A DNA stretch of 59,412 nucleotides from Polymyxa betae A26-41 (taxonomy: Eukaryota > Protista > Endomyxa: Phytomyxea): positions 1 to 59,412 of the forward strand of contig RBZT01000654.1 of assembly GCA_003693705.1 (NCBI GenBank). Direction: 5' to 3'. This document shows positions 26,758 to 37,367 of the stretch, piece after piece; within the stretch, counting starts at the first letter, position 1; each line of letters begins with the position of its first letter. Under the pieces are notes generated by a model. That model was not told the DNA's origin, searched no databases, and worked only from the letters and a program-made list of their open reading frames with translations. Position numbers and translations under genes: made by a program.

Positions 26758-27671
26758 ACTGTACAGATTCATCTCAGTCAGTATCTAACAGCAAATTAAT
26801 TTTAACTAGAATCTGATCTATCGGCATGATTTCTCGATGCCAGTTTATGGCTCGATTCAACATCAGCAGTTTTCATTGCTATAGTTAAGCTACTGCATAT
26901 GTGATCCTTCGTTGCGGTTATAAACTAGCTGGGTTTTTATTTCATGATTGTAGAAGTAGAATGTTCTTCAACTGTGGCTATATAATTACCGAACTCTTCG
27001 TCTATTAAAGATCGCATCTATCGCAATCGAGCATCTTTACAGAAATATATGAAGCCCATCATCGGAAAATTTTTAGTTTGATTGGCAAGCAATTCAACTT
27101 CAACAGATGAACAAGCCATACAAATTCTTGCCATCCAAGTTAGGAATCTTTTATTTCGAGTATGAACTTGGACAATACATCTCAATTGCCTATTCGGAAT
27201 ATTCTCTTGGCAGAATTTCGCCAGAGACTTGTGTTTCAACTCATCGAAAAATTGGCTTTCGCCAGACAAAAGTCACGAGACTGGTCCCTCGGGCTTTCAT
27301 ATAATTTGAAACCAAGTTCCGGGCTTCTTGCCAGAAATCGTGGGGCAGCATAATCGTTAAATAACGAATTTCCTGTGCTTTGAATCATACAAGGCGAAGA
27401 TCGTTGGCTTCTACCAAAAGTTGAGAGACAGAATAACTGTTGAACAACAGAATTGAACTTTAACGACGAAGATTGCCTACGTAACTGCAGAGGCCGCCCA
27501 GTTTAGACAGGCAGAGTAATGTTACGTGCTGTAATGAGAGAGATGGTATTTGAGGCGATTGTCATTTAGATAGGAAGGAGGTCGACAATAGATATTTCGG
27601 TACCTGCCTTATGGATGCGGATCTTGGCTCGGCCCAGGTTGGCGCCGCCCAAGGGACATAGTTATGTGCTG

Positions 27672-30087
27672 ATGAGTTTGCAGGATAAAAAAACCGGGCC
27701 GCTAAGCGTCAGTGAGCTTCGAGCCAGGCTGGATGCAAAGCTGCAGACGAACAAAGACGAACTTGAGCAGGATGAGAGCAGCAAGAGCTCGATTAGATCC
27801 TTAGACAGTAGCTTTGAAGTGAGCTGCTTGCCATATTATTGCGTTTATGCCTCTGAAACCTGTTTAGAACCCAGAAGAAGAGGTGCGTCCTATTATGAAG
27901 AGGATTAGCCAATTCCAGGCCCAGAATGTTCAATTACCGGCGCTTGCGACGAAAGGAAGTTTGGTAATATGCCTCTCTTGAAATCTGTGGGATCGTAATT
28001 TCTGCAGGCTCACTCACGAACTAGCTCGGCTCAGCCAGTGCAAGCCGTCTCCTGTCCGGCACCGGAATCCACTTCAGTAAATTCATTTAGATTCTGAGGC
28101 CGTTTCTTTAAGCATATTTCTGTCAGGAACAGTCTAACAACGACGCTGTAGAAAAAGGCCCCAAAGTACTTCTAGATCATGGTTTTGATATTCTTTCTGA
28201 ATCTTGATATAGAAGTTCCTAAAGAGAGACTCGTCCAACCAGTCTCCGATGTAATAACTTATCGAGCTCCAGAATTGTTTTGAACTGATTTCTTGTATTA
28301 AGTCCCTCGCCATCAGTAGCGGCGCTGCGATCTCAACTGGCTTTAAATCCCGCTATGCTGAAACCAGGTATTCCACGTTCTCAGCAATCATGGCTATGCA
28401 TAAATTTTATTAGGAGAATCAGGGCGGGTGAAAGCAAGCCGGACCCCCTCTGGACAATCAGCAGATTTTACATCTGCTTCTGAGGTGCCCTCAAATGCTC
28501 CTACGGTGGAGATTCCGAAGACACCCTCTTCTAGTTCAGGTCTCACACCATCGCCGTTACGAGCTTCCAGTAGGGTTTCAGATATCCAACAACGGCTAGC
28601 TCTCGATCCAAACGCCCTTCTTCCAAGTCGGAATTATCCCTCAATGATGCCATTGAGTTGACGTTTTTTAGGTCCACTTTCTGGGCCTCCATCAAGAGGT
28701 CATCGCCGTGGGAAATCGTCTGCAGCTCCAACTGTATGTAGGGGTCTCTCTTTAATTTACATGTTATGATTTTGTTCAGCCAACAGCACCTACCCCTGAA
28801 GTAACCATTGAAAGTCAGCTAAATCGTCCGGCTATCACAACCAAAGCTCGCCGCAGTCGAACTTCTGCCAAGTTTTCCTGCGATGATGAATCCACTCAAA
28901 TGCTAGAAGATATCGAAAGGATGACAACCCAGTTGGACGATGCCGCTTTGTTGGCTCTGCAAGCTGAAAAGGCAGAACAGAACGTTATCGAAAAATTGAT
29001 TGCTGAATCAAATAATTCTGTTTCGGAAACACCGAGCACAGAATCGAGCAATTGTACTGTGGAAAAACCATTACAGGTTGTTGAATCGAGCGTTTCTGTT
29101 GAAGAATCAATTACTGCGAATGATGTTCGCTCGTCCGAAAACAATTTAATTCCAGAAGTTTCGATTGAAGAACGCATTCCTGGAATTGCCATAACAGAAG
29201 ATTGTATCAATCCTGTAAGCAAATGATGGCGGCATCTACGCTGGAAGTTGACATGTTCATTATAGAAACAAATTGCAGATGACAATTTAGGGATTGAGCG
29301 ACTTTCACGAAATTGTCGCCATCGCACAATGGACTCAGGCCTGAACGTTTTCAAAGATGTTGATCCTGATCTGGTCGCGAATATCGATAACGCTCTAGAG
29401 AAGGCATCCGCAAATGAGCAGTAAGTCTGTTCATGCTCAACTGAAAGCTCTGAATCGGTTGCAGAGCTCCTGCAGACACATTACCCCAAGCATTTAATAG
29501 CAATTGTCCTCAAGAGAAGACGCTCGCAAATCAACCGTAACTATTCCACGTTCTCTTCCAAAATTTCTTTGATTTGGTTGCAGAGCTTCTGTAGCAACAA
29601 TACCGCAAGATTCGGATAGCGAAAATGTCTTCGAGAAGGCGCCAGTAACTCAACCGTAATGTTCTCTCTTTTATCATAAATTTGCTTATTTGCTTGCAGA
29701 GCTTCTATAGCAACAATACCGCAAGATTCGGATAGCGAAAATGTCTTCGAGAAGGCGCCAGTAACTCAACCGTAATGTTCTCTCATTTATCATAAATTTG
29801 CTGATTTGCTTGCAGAGCTTCTATAGCAACAATACCGCAAGATTCGGATAGCGAAAATGTCTTCGAGAAGGCGCCAGTAACTCAACCGTAATGTTCTCTC
29901 ATTTATCATAAATTTGCTGATTTGCTTGCAGAGCTTCTGTAGATACAATGCCGCAAGCTTCGGATAGCGAAAATGTTCTCGAGGAGACAACCGCGAATCG
30001 ACAGTAAATTTATTCTAGATTTCTTAAAAGTTCTGATCTATTTACAGAGCCTCTGTACTCACATTACAGCAGGATTCGGCGACCTGA
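27672..30087 (+). CDS. Micro-exon-rich disordered protein with CapZIP/FAM21-like motifs and a C-terminal 24-aa repeat
   Basis: Many short GT-AG-bounded exons. SVAALRSQLALNPAMLKPG and VSDIQQRLALDPNALLP, then ESQLNRPAITTKARRSRT. Ends with repeated exons. Confidence 0.55.
29461..30087 (+). repeat. Tandem array of a 116-bp unit (72-bp exon + 44-bp intron)
   Basis: Unit starts GCAGAGCTTCT at 29580, 29696, 29812, 29928 (exact 116-bp period). Diverged copies at 29461 and ~30045. Confidence 0.95.
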
Positions 30088-30465
30088 TGACATCTGATTG
30101 AATTCCGCAAAATGAATCTCATGACCAGACTGCATATTTTCTGATTCCAAGAGTGAATAATGGCGTCCGGGGCGCTTCTAATAATGCATTAAACTGTTTT
30201 ATTTATTCCAGTCATGCGTTTTACTAAGCAATTGCCAAATCATCGCAATCCAGCTGGTTATTCAAGAACTTGTCCGAATACCATCTCATAGAATAATAGA
30301 TTCGTTATTCTAGGACGGAAAGTCGGATCAGCTGCACTGCATTGGGGAAGTACCTACGACCTGTTCTCACTGCTCTGCTGTCTTCAATTGCCAGGAAGGA
30401 TCACTCATAATCGTCACAGCCGGTTTCGGCAATTTGGTTTCCGTACTCATAGTAATCGCCGAGCT

Positions 30466-31246
30466 ATGTTGCCTCTAAGACATGTACTAACACGATATGG
30501 ACGTCCTGGTCACATGCGGGCATTGGCACCGCTCGCCGCCCCATTCCAGCGACGTTCAATAACGGACGCAGCAAAGGAATCGGAGATCCCGGTGAAGGAG
30601 AGGACGGGACGTCTGGCGACCACGTATATGAAGTTCCTACCCATCAATAATCAAGATCTGCGACGTAGACGACCATCAACCGAAACCCTAAAACCCTAAC
30701 TCTAATGATCAGGTTTGGTCGCACAGGGCCTGGCTGTCGGCACATACGGCATGGTAAATCAAATTCAAACGTGAAAACCTCAAACTCCTTCTTTCTTCAA
30801 CCATTTATTCATTCTTTTATGATCCAAATCTCAATCGGCTTTAGGTAGCGGCGTCGTTATTGGGGACAGCGGGTGTTGATATCACTCCTCTTATTGCTGG
30901 TCTTGGGGGTGCTGGGGTCACCTTGGGGTATTACTCAGTTCAATGGCACTTTGTACAGCTGTTAATCGTGTTCAGATTTGCGTTGAAAGATGTCGCGGCT
31001 AACGCGATCGCCGGCTTCACGCTGGTGATTGAGGGCCCATTCGCGGCCGGCGACGTCGTTCGGGTCGGGCCTGACAAGACCCGCGGCCGTGTCATCATCG
31101 TCGGCCATCGATATGTTCACCTGGATACGTTGGACGACACGAACCAGGTCGTCAGCCGCATCATGATCCCGACCGGCACTGTCCACGCCCATCCGATCGT
31201 CATCGAGCCGCCGGTAGCGTCGTCGAAAAAAAAGAACTCGAAATGA
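30466..31246 (+). CDS. Small MscS-family mechanosensitive channel with an Arg-rich, mitochondrial-type presequence; multi-exon
   Basis: LGTAGVDITPLIAGLGGAGVTLG|FALKDVAANAIAGFTLVIEGPFAAGDVVRVG...GRVIIVGHRYVHL is MscS TM2-TM3 plus the beta domain. N-terminus MLPLRHVLTRYGR...FQRRSIT. Confidence 0.85.
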
Positions 31247-31255
31247 GTATCACTA

Positions 31256-32675
31256 TTGGATAAAAACGCAAAACGGAAAGATCCGATTCGGGTACGACCG
31301 GAGATATTTCCAGCACGACGGCGGCGATGCCGTCGGCACTCAGGAGCTCGGACCTGCAGATCGCCAGGAAGATTATCAAACAATTCTGGGTTCTGTTGCT
31401 GGGTGACGCCGCCGTCAGTGCCGATGAGCGACTGCCACGTTCAATCTACATCAGCGAATGGCATCCACGTCTGGCGTTGGCTGTAATCGGGAGGACGCCA
31501 CCCGAGAAGGTTCCCCTTAAGGAGAGCGATCGTCAGCGATTGTAAACGTTTTGCAGTTGTTGCTATTAGCGACCGAGGATTGGCGACGGGATTCTCGTGG
31601 TAACGACGTCATGTCGTTTGACGATTTCGTCACGTCGATAGTGGAGACGTATCAGATCTGGAAGAGGAGAGGTCAATCTATAATCGGGTTCTTATTAGAG
31701 CTGCAGCGTCGCCTGTGCATCACTGTCCGGCATCGCGTCACGGCGCTTCGTTCTCTGGATGAGATGAGCGGCCTGCGACCTGAGCCTCGATCGGCGCCAA
31801 TCCCACGCCCGCCATTGTCACGAACAAGGACAAATGTGACGACTCCAGCCAAATCACCTCGACCGGAAACATCGTTCAGCTTTCTTACACGATTACGAAC
31901 GCTTAGTCGTCATAGCAGGCATCCTAACGATTCTGTCTTTAATTTGCTTTGTTTTCTGCCCCGAATTACGGCTTTCATTTTCCAATTTTTTTTAACACTA
32001 ATGATGATCGTCGATTTCTGTTTGAAATGCGATTAGATGTTCGGCGCCTGGAGCTGATGAATGGCGCTGGTCGGCAGCATCCGGATTGCGGACGCACCGG
32101 ATGGTGGTGAACAAATCGCGCCGTGAAAAACAGGCCCGGTCCATGTCAGCCCGCCATCCGCGTGTTCAGGCCGAGAAGCGCGAACTTGACCTGATCCTCG
32201 AAGATGTCAAAATGAAGAAGCGCCTGCTCGAGCTATTGTCGTTCGAGAACCCGATCTGGCATATTGGCATGATCCAGCAAGACCAGATCGAGAACCACTC
32301 GCAGTTGTGTGTTGATCACAAAGATCGCGATGATACCGATCAAGCCGATTCTATCCGCTGCGACATCTTCAGAGCCGTTCACAAACGAGGTTTTTCACAA
32401 TTTTTCTAATTTCGGGAAACCCCCAAAGTCTCGTTTAGCGATTGTCATTTCGACTTTGGGAAATGATTGCGGTTTATGTAGATTTCTATGAGGAGATCGT
32501 ACTGCCTGAACTGGAAGAGAGAACAGCAGAATGGCGCCAGCTAGCAGAAGGAAGCACCAGAAGGCTGGAATCACCATTGCCCGAGTTCATTGGCAGCCCT
32601 ATTGCACAAGTACTGACCAGGATGAATGAAGACCTTGACCGATATGCCCCCATTGTTCGAAATCCAGCTTTGTGA
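31256..32675 (+). CDS. Uncharacterised multi-exon protein (possible degenerate EF-hand-like region)
   Basis: Consecutive + strand ORFs separated by GT-AG introns, including EDWRRDSRGNDVMSFDDFVTSIVETYQIW. Start uncertain. Confidence 0.45.
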
Positions 32676-32874
32676 AGCCGTTGTCGTCAATCTGAATAAC
32701 ATTTGCTGGCAAAATCATGAGGGGTTTATCAATATCGTTGATGGTTGTCAATGTCTTGATTTCAGAGACGACGCTCTGGAAATATTATAATTTAACTGTT
32801 GAATACATGCACGACCGGGAATCTCGATTAGATAGATAGAAGTCTTGGAAGGGGTGAACACCCTTCTAATACCA

Positions 32875-34957
32875 CTATGATGTAAATGACGAACTGAGCG
32901 CTCTACGAACATGCTCGACAAACTTCGTCAGATCGAAATATTCCAGAGACTCCCAAACCTCCAGGTTATGTTCCCTCAAGACTTCAGGTGCAGGTCTGTA
33001 CGTCTTTGCCTTATCCCATTCGTCCATATAATCCCAGGCGCACTTCGAATGTTTCAGATAAGAGCTCAGCATATCACCCATCTTCGCTGGAAATGTCAAT
33101 GGCTCCTATAATGTGATTCTCAGCGACGACAGAGCCACCCATGCACGGATTAAAACGCAGATACCGGGTCGGGGCCATTAGTGGCCGTTAATGCCTGGTA
33201 CGACCTGACATGGGCCAACAACTGATTGGTCTGAAACGTGAAATCCTTCCTTTTCACCTGCATAGCCCTGTACAAAGCCACGGCGCAGCACTCGTACCTG
33301 AGCACCAGCACCAGTTCAGTGAACGTACTGGCCCTGGCTCCAATCAATACAGACCCGATGCTGGTGTAAAATTGGCAGCCGGCACTCATGTAGTTTTGCA
33401 CGATGTTTTGCAGAAACTGTGCCGTGTTTTGGAATGAATGTGCGCAAGAGAACATCTGTAGATCGCAAAAGGCGCGGGTCAGCAAGACACGCAGGCGTTG
33501 ATGAGCCTATCGCGAACCGACCTCGGCCGCTTCCAGAAATTTCAGCCCCGCAGTCATGTACATTTCTTGCCGTTTCAGCCAGCCTTCGGACAGCGGAGCC
33601 TGTTGATCCAGCATCACCAAGGTCAGTCGCAAATACGAACATTTACCCGAAGGCGAAACACCCAAAATTGTAACCGAATCGAACGAAGTTCGCTTCAGAG
33701 AAAGAACAGAATTTCTTGAAAAAAGGAAATATTTAAATGTTGCAACACCCATTACAGGCAACGTGCCCGAAAACTCCAAAAGAGACCAAATAACGTTGAT
33801 AAACAAACTTGTTCTAAACAGGCAGAACTGACCTCTTTCTTCATTTTGTCGGCGAGGCGCTTGAGCTTGACGGCGTCCTTCCATTTTGGGCTTTGTTGCA
33901 CGAGGGCCGATTGATTACTCTGACCAACGGTTGGGCTCACCATAGCGACGCCCACCGAGGGGCTCGCCGTTGACGACACCGCCGCCGACGGACTGAACGC
34001 AACCTTCGGCGCTGCTGGCTCGCGCTGCCTGCTGGGCGGCGCCGGCGGCAGCTCCGTTTCTGACTTTCTCCTATCCGGCGAATAACGCCGACTTCTTGGC
34101 GGAGATCGTGACCTCCGCCGTTGCCGTTCGTCATGATAACTATCCCTTCGATCCGACGACGACCTTCGCGATGACAACCTGCGGCGGTCATCTTCGCATC
34201 GCCTTTTCTCATCACGATGTGAGCTTCGGTCCGAGCTGCGCCGCCTTTCGTCATCTTTGTAGGGCGGCGGCGATTCGCGCACGGGAGGGGTCGTCGGGCG
34301 CCGATTGCGATGGCCCAGCGATTCGTCATTCCTTGTCGTGTCACATTCATCGATATCCATTTGATTTGGAACAAATGACGGCACTTTCAATTCTGGTGAC
34401 GACGTCCTGGCAGGTGACGTCTTCACAGGCATCTCTTCAGGCAGCGGTGCGCAGACCGTCCCGCCGCCGACGCCTGTTTGCGGTGCCGCCGGGTCATCGT
34501 CGTCGTCGTCGCTATCTTCCAAGCCACTCGAATCGTCATCGCTTTCGAGCTGTCGGCGCGACGACTGGGCGACTTTCAGCGCCTGTTCGAAGGTCGTCTT
34601 CTGCAGAGATGGGACGAATTGTCGCGAGCGAGCACAGCCTCCATGAACGACGACAGGCGATAAAGCACCGCCGCCGAGATCGTTCATTTCGGCGAAGATT
34701 TTTGTGATCTGTTCGTCATCGGCGCGTTTCAGTTTCGCAATGGCTTCTTCGTCGACGGTCTTGGGCGGCGTGCGCGGCCGATGTCGCGCCTTCTTCAGCA
34801 GCGGCGGCGCCAGCGTCTGCGGCATCGAAGGACGCCAATCCAGGATGCCACTGTGCGGATCCTGCGATGTCGTCGACCCGTTCGCCTGCGACCGACTATA
34901 CAAACGATCGAGGCGCTGCTCGATCGTCAGCGACGTCGACGACATTGTGCTGCACAT
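32875..34957 (-). CDS. Protein with a disordered/RS-rich N-terminus and an AF4/FMR2 (AFF) CHD-like helical C-terminus; multi-exon
   Basis: KDAVKLKRLADKM...MYMTAGLKFLEAAE...FQNTAQFLQ...CCAVALYRAMQVKR...WDKAK...DLTKFVEHVRRAL follows the AF4 C-terminal homology domain pattern. Confidence 0.6.
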
Positions 34958-35455
34958 CGCAGTCTGAAGATGAGAGGTCGGCGGCCGCTGTGACGATCAC
35001 AGCGATCTAGAAGGCGATGACGACCCCGAACCAGGCCCAGAACGACGAACGAATCTCTTAAAACAGTGCAGCCGATAGAGGAACAGCAGCGGGGAAATTA
35101 TTAGACGCGCACTTTCACACACTGTAGGAGGTCGCTCCCTCGAATTAAATGAGACAGATGGTGATCGTGATAGGATAGTGGGCTCGATGGGGGTGATGGG
35201 GCCACCCCTTTAATATATAATCACCGGTGAGGATAGATGGGGATGGGGTGCCGGGGCGCGTGTCTCCGAAGGGTCCCGTTCGGCCGTCGTCTTTTTAATT
35301 CTTCATCAGTTTACTGACGGCGATCAGTACGATGTGACGGAAACGAACCCCATCGGGGTGGTTTTTTTATTGCGATATCTGAGCAATCCAGATATCGATC
35401 GGAAAATATCGCGAGATTTCTGAGGTCGGACTGGCCGCATTCCCAGATTCACTGG

Positions 35456-36034
35456 ATGCCGCCCGTCAGGCGAAGTCGGTCGCTGTCGTACCTGCCCGGC
35501 CGCTATCTGAGCCGATCGCCGGTTCTAATCTCACAGGCCGCCCATCCGATCGTCATCAAGGGTGAACTCGATCGTCATTGTTCGTCTGCGAAATTGTCGG
35601 CTGTCGGTCGCCGCCCCGATCATCGACCTGATCCGCGACGAAATCTCCTCAATTGTTATTTTCAGCAGGACGATACCGTTATCTATCAACGCCTGCAGAA
35701 TGAGTTCTGTGAAGAGTCGCCAAAGACCATTTCCGAGGTGCTGCTCGAGGACCAGCATGTCCCGCCGGAGTCCGACGTCCAGATTGCATCTGACCTGATG
35801 CGCGAGATGATCGCTGAAGTCTCCAAGACTGATCGGCAACTAGGCCGGATCGCTACCCTGGTCTGGCGGTCGTACGAGTCATGCTATGACCGGATCGTGG
35901 CCGGTGCTGCTGACGCCGAAAAGTTCCGATCTCAGCTGGACACGACTCGTGCTGAGCTGCGCCAGGCCCGTCTGAAAATTGCCGAACAGGACGGCATCAT
36001 TCGTTTTCTAAATGAGCGCCGAATGCCTTCTTGA
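35456..36034 (+). CDS. Hypothetical coiled-coil protein (weak resemblance to the axonemal dynein light chain p28 helical segment)
   Basis: Intact 192-aa ORF. LMREMIAEVSKTDRQLGRIATLVWRSY followed by heptad-rich helix. Confidence 0.5.
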   Translation: MPPVRRSRSLSYLPGRYLSRSPVLISQAAHPIVIKGELDRHCSSAKLSAVGRRPDHRPDPRRNLLNCYFQQDDTVIYQRLQNEFCEESPKTISEVLLEDQHVPPESDVQIASDLMREMIAEVSKTDRQLGRIATLVWRSYESCYDRIVAGAADAEKFRSQLDTTRAELRQARLKIAEQDGIIRFLNERRMPS

Positions 36035-36423
36035 AACCAACTCGACTTGTCTAATTATAGCGCCTCTGTCCAGTACAGAGTAACATGATCACAGTGACCT
36101 GTTCGTCATAGAGCCAGGATCGATTTTATTTCGATTTCTTTTCTGTTTGTTGATGCCAATCCAGCGGCAAATGAACTGCATTGGTACATCGATAAGTTGG
36201 AGTAGATAACAGTCTCAGTAAGCTCCGACCAAGCCCAACGTCCCAAACCCTAAATATTTCGGCATGGCTGCGCCTTAAGGACTGCGCGTGTGAGTTCCGA
36301 CATGATCGCACTGTTGGTATGGCGGGATTTATATAGTGGTGCGATGGGGTGACCCCCCCAACCCATCACCCCCGGGTCGGAAACACAACTGTATTCATTC
36401 GTGATCTTGCTGCACGGGTCGTC

Positions 36424-37239
36424 ATGAAATCGTCGCTGGGGCTTTTTATCATGCCGGTACTTGTGCTAACCGTGGCCGTGCTCGGCATCGGGACGACCGA
36501 TTCGCAGTCATGGACGACGCAATCGTCTGGAACCGTCCCTGAAATTACGGAAACAACGCCACCACGACAACAACGTTCTATGTCTCGATCGAACAATATG
36601 GACTCGATAAATCTGGAAAAAGACCGACCCGAGTCCCATAATCGCAATCCAGCTACTACCAGAAGTCTTCCGTCGGGCAGTCCTCGCCCCGATTATGTAC
36701 AACCTCCTCAGCCGGTTTTTCGAAGCTCGGTACTAATCAACTCCTCGTCGAAAGAGCCCTCTGTTTTTTTAGAGTCTCATTCAGCGAGTTTGAGAAGCCG
36801 ATCACAGAAACAGCGCGACAGGTTAAAAGAACGTTATCCATCTGCTATGATGAACACTCCCAGCGCCTCACAAAAGGGGCCATTATTTGAGGATCGTTTC
36901 GACCTCGATAAGCTCAATAAGAGCCCTACAATAACAGGGAGTGGACGCAGTGTCTCTGCAGAACGCTATCCTCCAGGTTATGCAGCGCCAAAGCCAACAA
37001 CCAACCTTGCAGGACGTCAACCACAGTCGGAGCGCAAGCTAACAAGAATCTCGACTTGCTCTCATGACTATTACAATCCAGATCACAAGCCGAAGACGCC
37101 CTCTCACGAGTTCAACCGACAACGTAAACCAAAGAAAGCCTCGCGCGACTATTACAAGAGCGTAGACGAATCCTCGTCCTCATCTCTATCTTCCTTCTTC
37201 AAGTGTTTTTCATCTCCCAGATGCTCAAGTCCTAAATAG
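36424..37239 (+). CDS. Intronless secreted or membrane-anchored Ser/Pro-rich protein (effector candidate)
   Basis: MKSSLGLFIMPVLVLTVAVLGIG is a signal-peptide-like N-terminus. Disordered body, ends SFFKCFSSPRCSSPK. Confidence 0.6.
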   Translation: MKSSLGLFIMPVLVLTVAVLGIGTTDSQSWTTQSSGTVPEITETTPPRQQRSMSRSNNMDSINLEKDRPESHNRNPATTRSLPSGSPRPDYVQPPQPVFRSSVLINSSSKEPSVFLESHSASLRSRSQKQRDRLKERYPSAMMNTPSASQKGPLFEDRFDLDKLNKSPTITGSGRSVSAERYPPGYAAPKPTTNLAGRQPQSERKLTRISTCSHDYYNPDHKPKTPSHEFNRQRKPKKASRDYYKSVDESSSSSLSSFFKCFSSPRCSSPK

Positions 37240-37367
37240 ATTCTCTGTTTTGTACATCGTTATGCCTCTTTCATAGCTCGAATCCGGGCTCTCCATTTGT
37301 GATCTCATCAATAAATGTGCCACAATTTAGTTAAAGAATTGTTTTATTCCTTTGTTGATCAGAATAT

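Noticed and set aside
29461-30087. CRISPR-like array
   Set aside because: No unique spacers. The whole unit repeats, has splice signals, and sits in a eukaryotic context without cas genes.
31243-31263. ATGA stop/start overlap after MscS suggesting translational coupling
   Set aside because: The overlapping ATG opens only MSITIG*.
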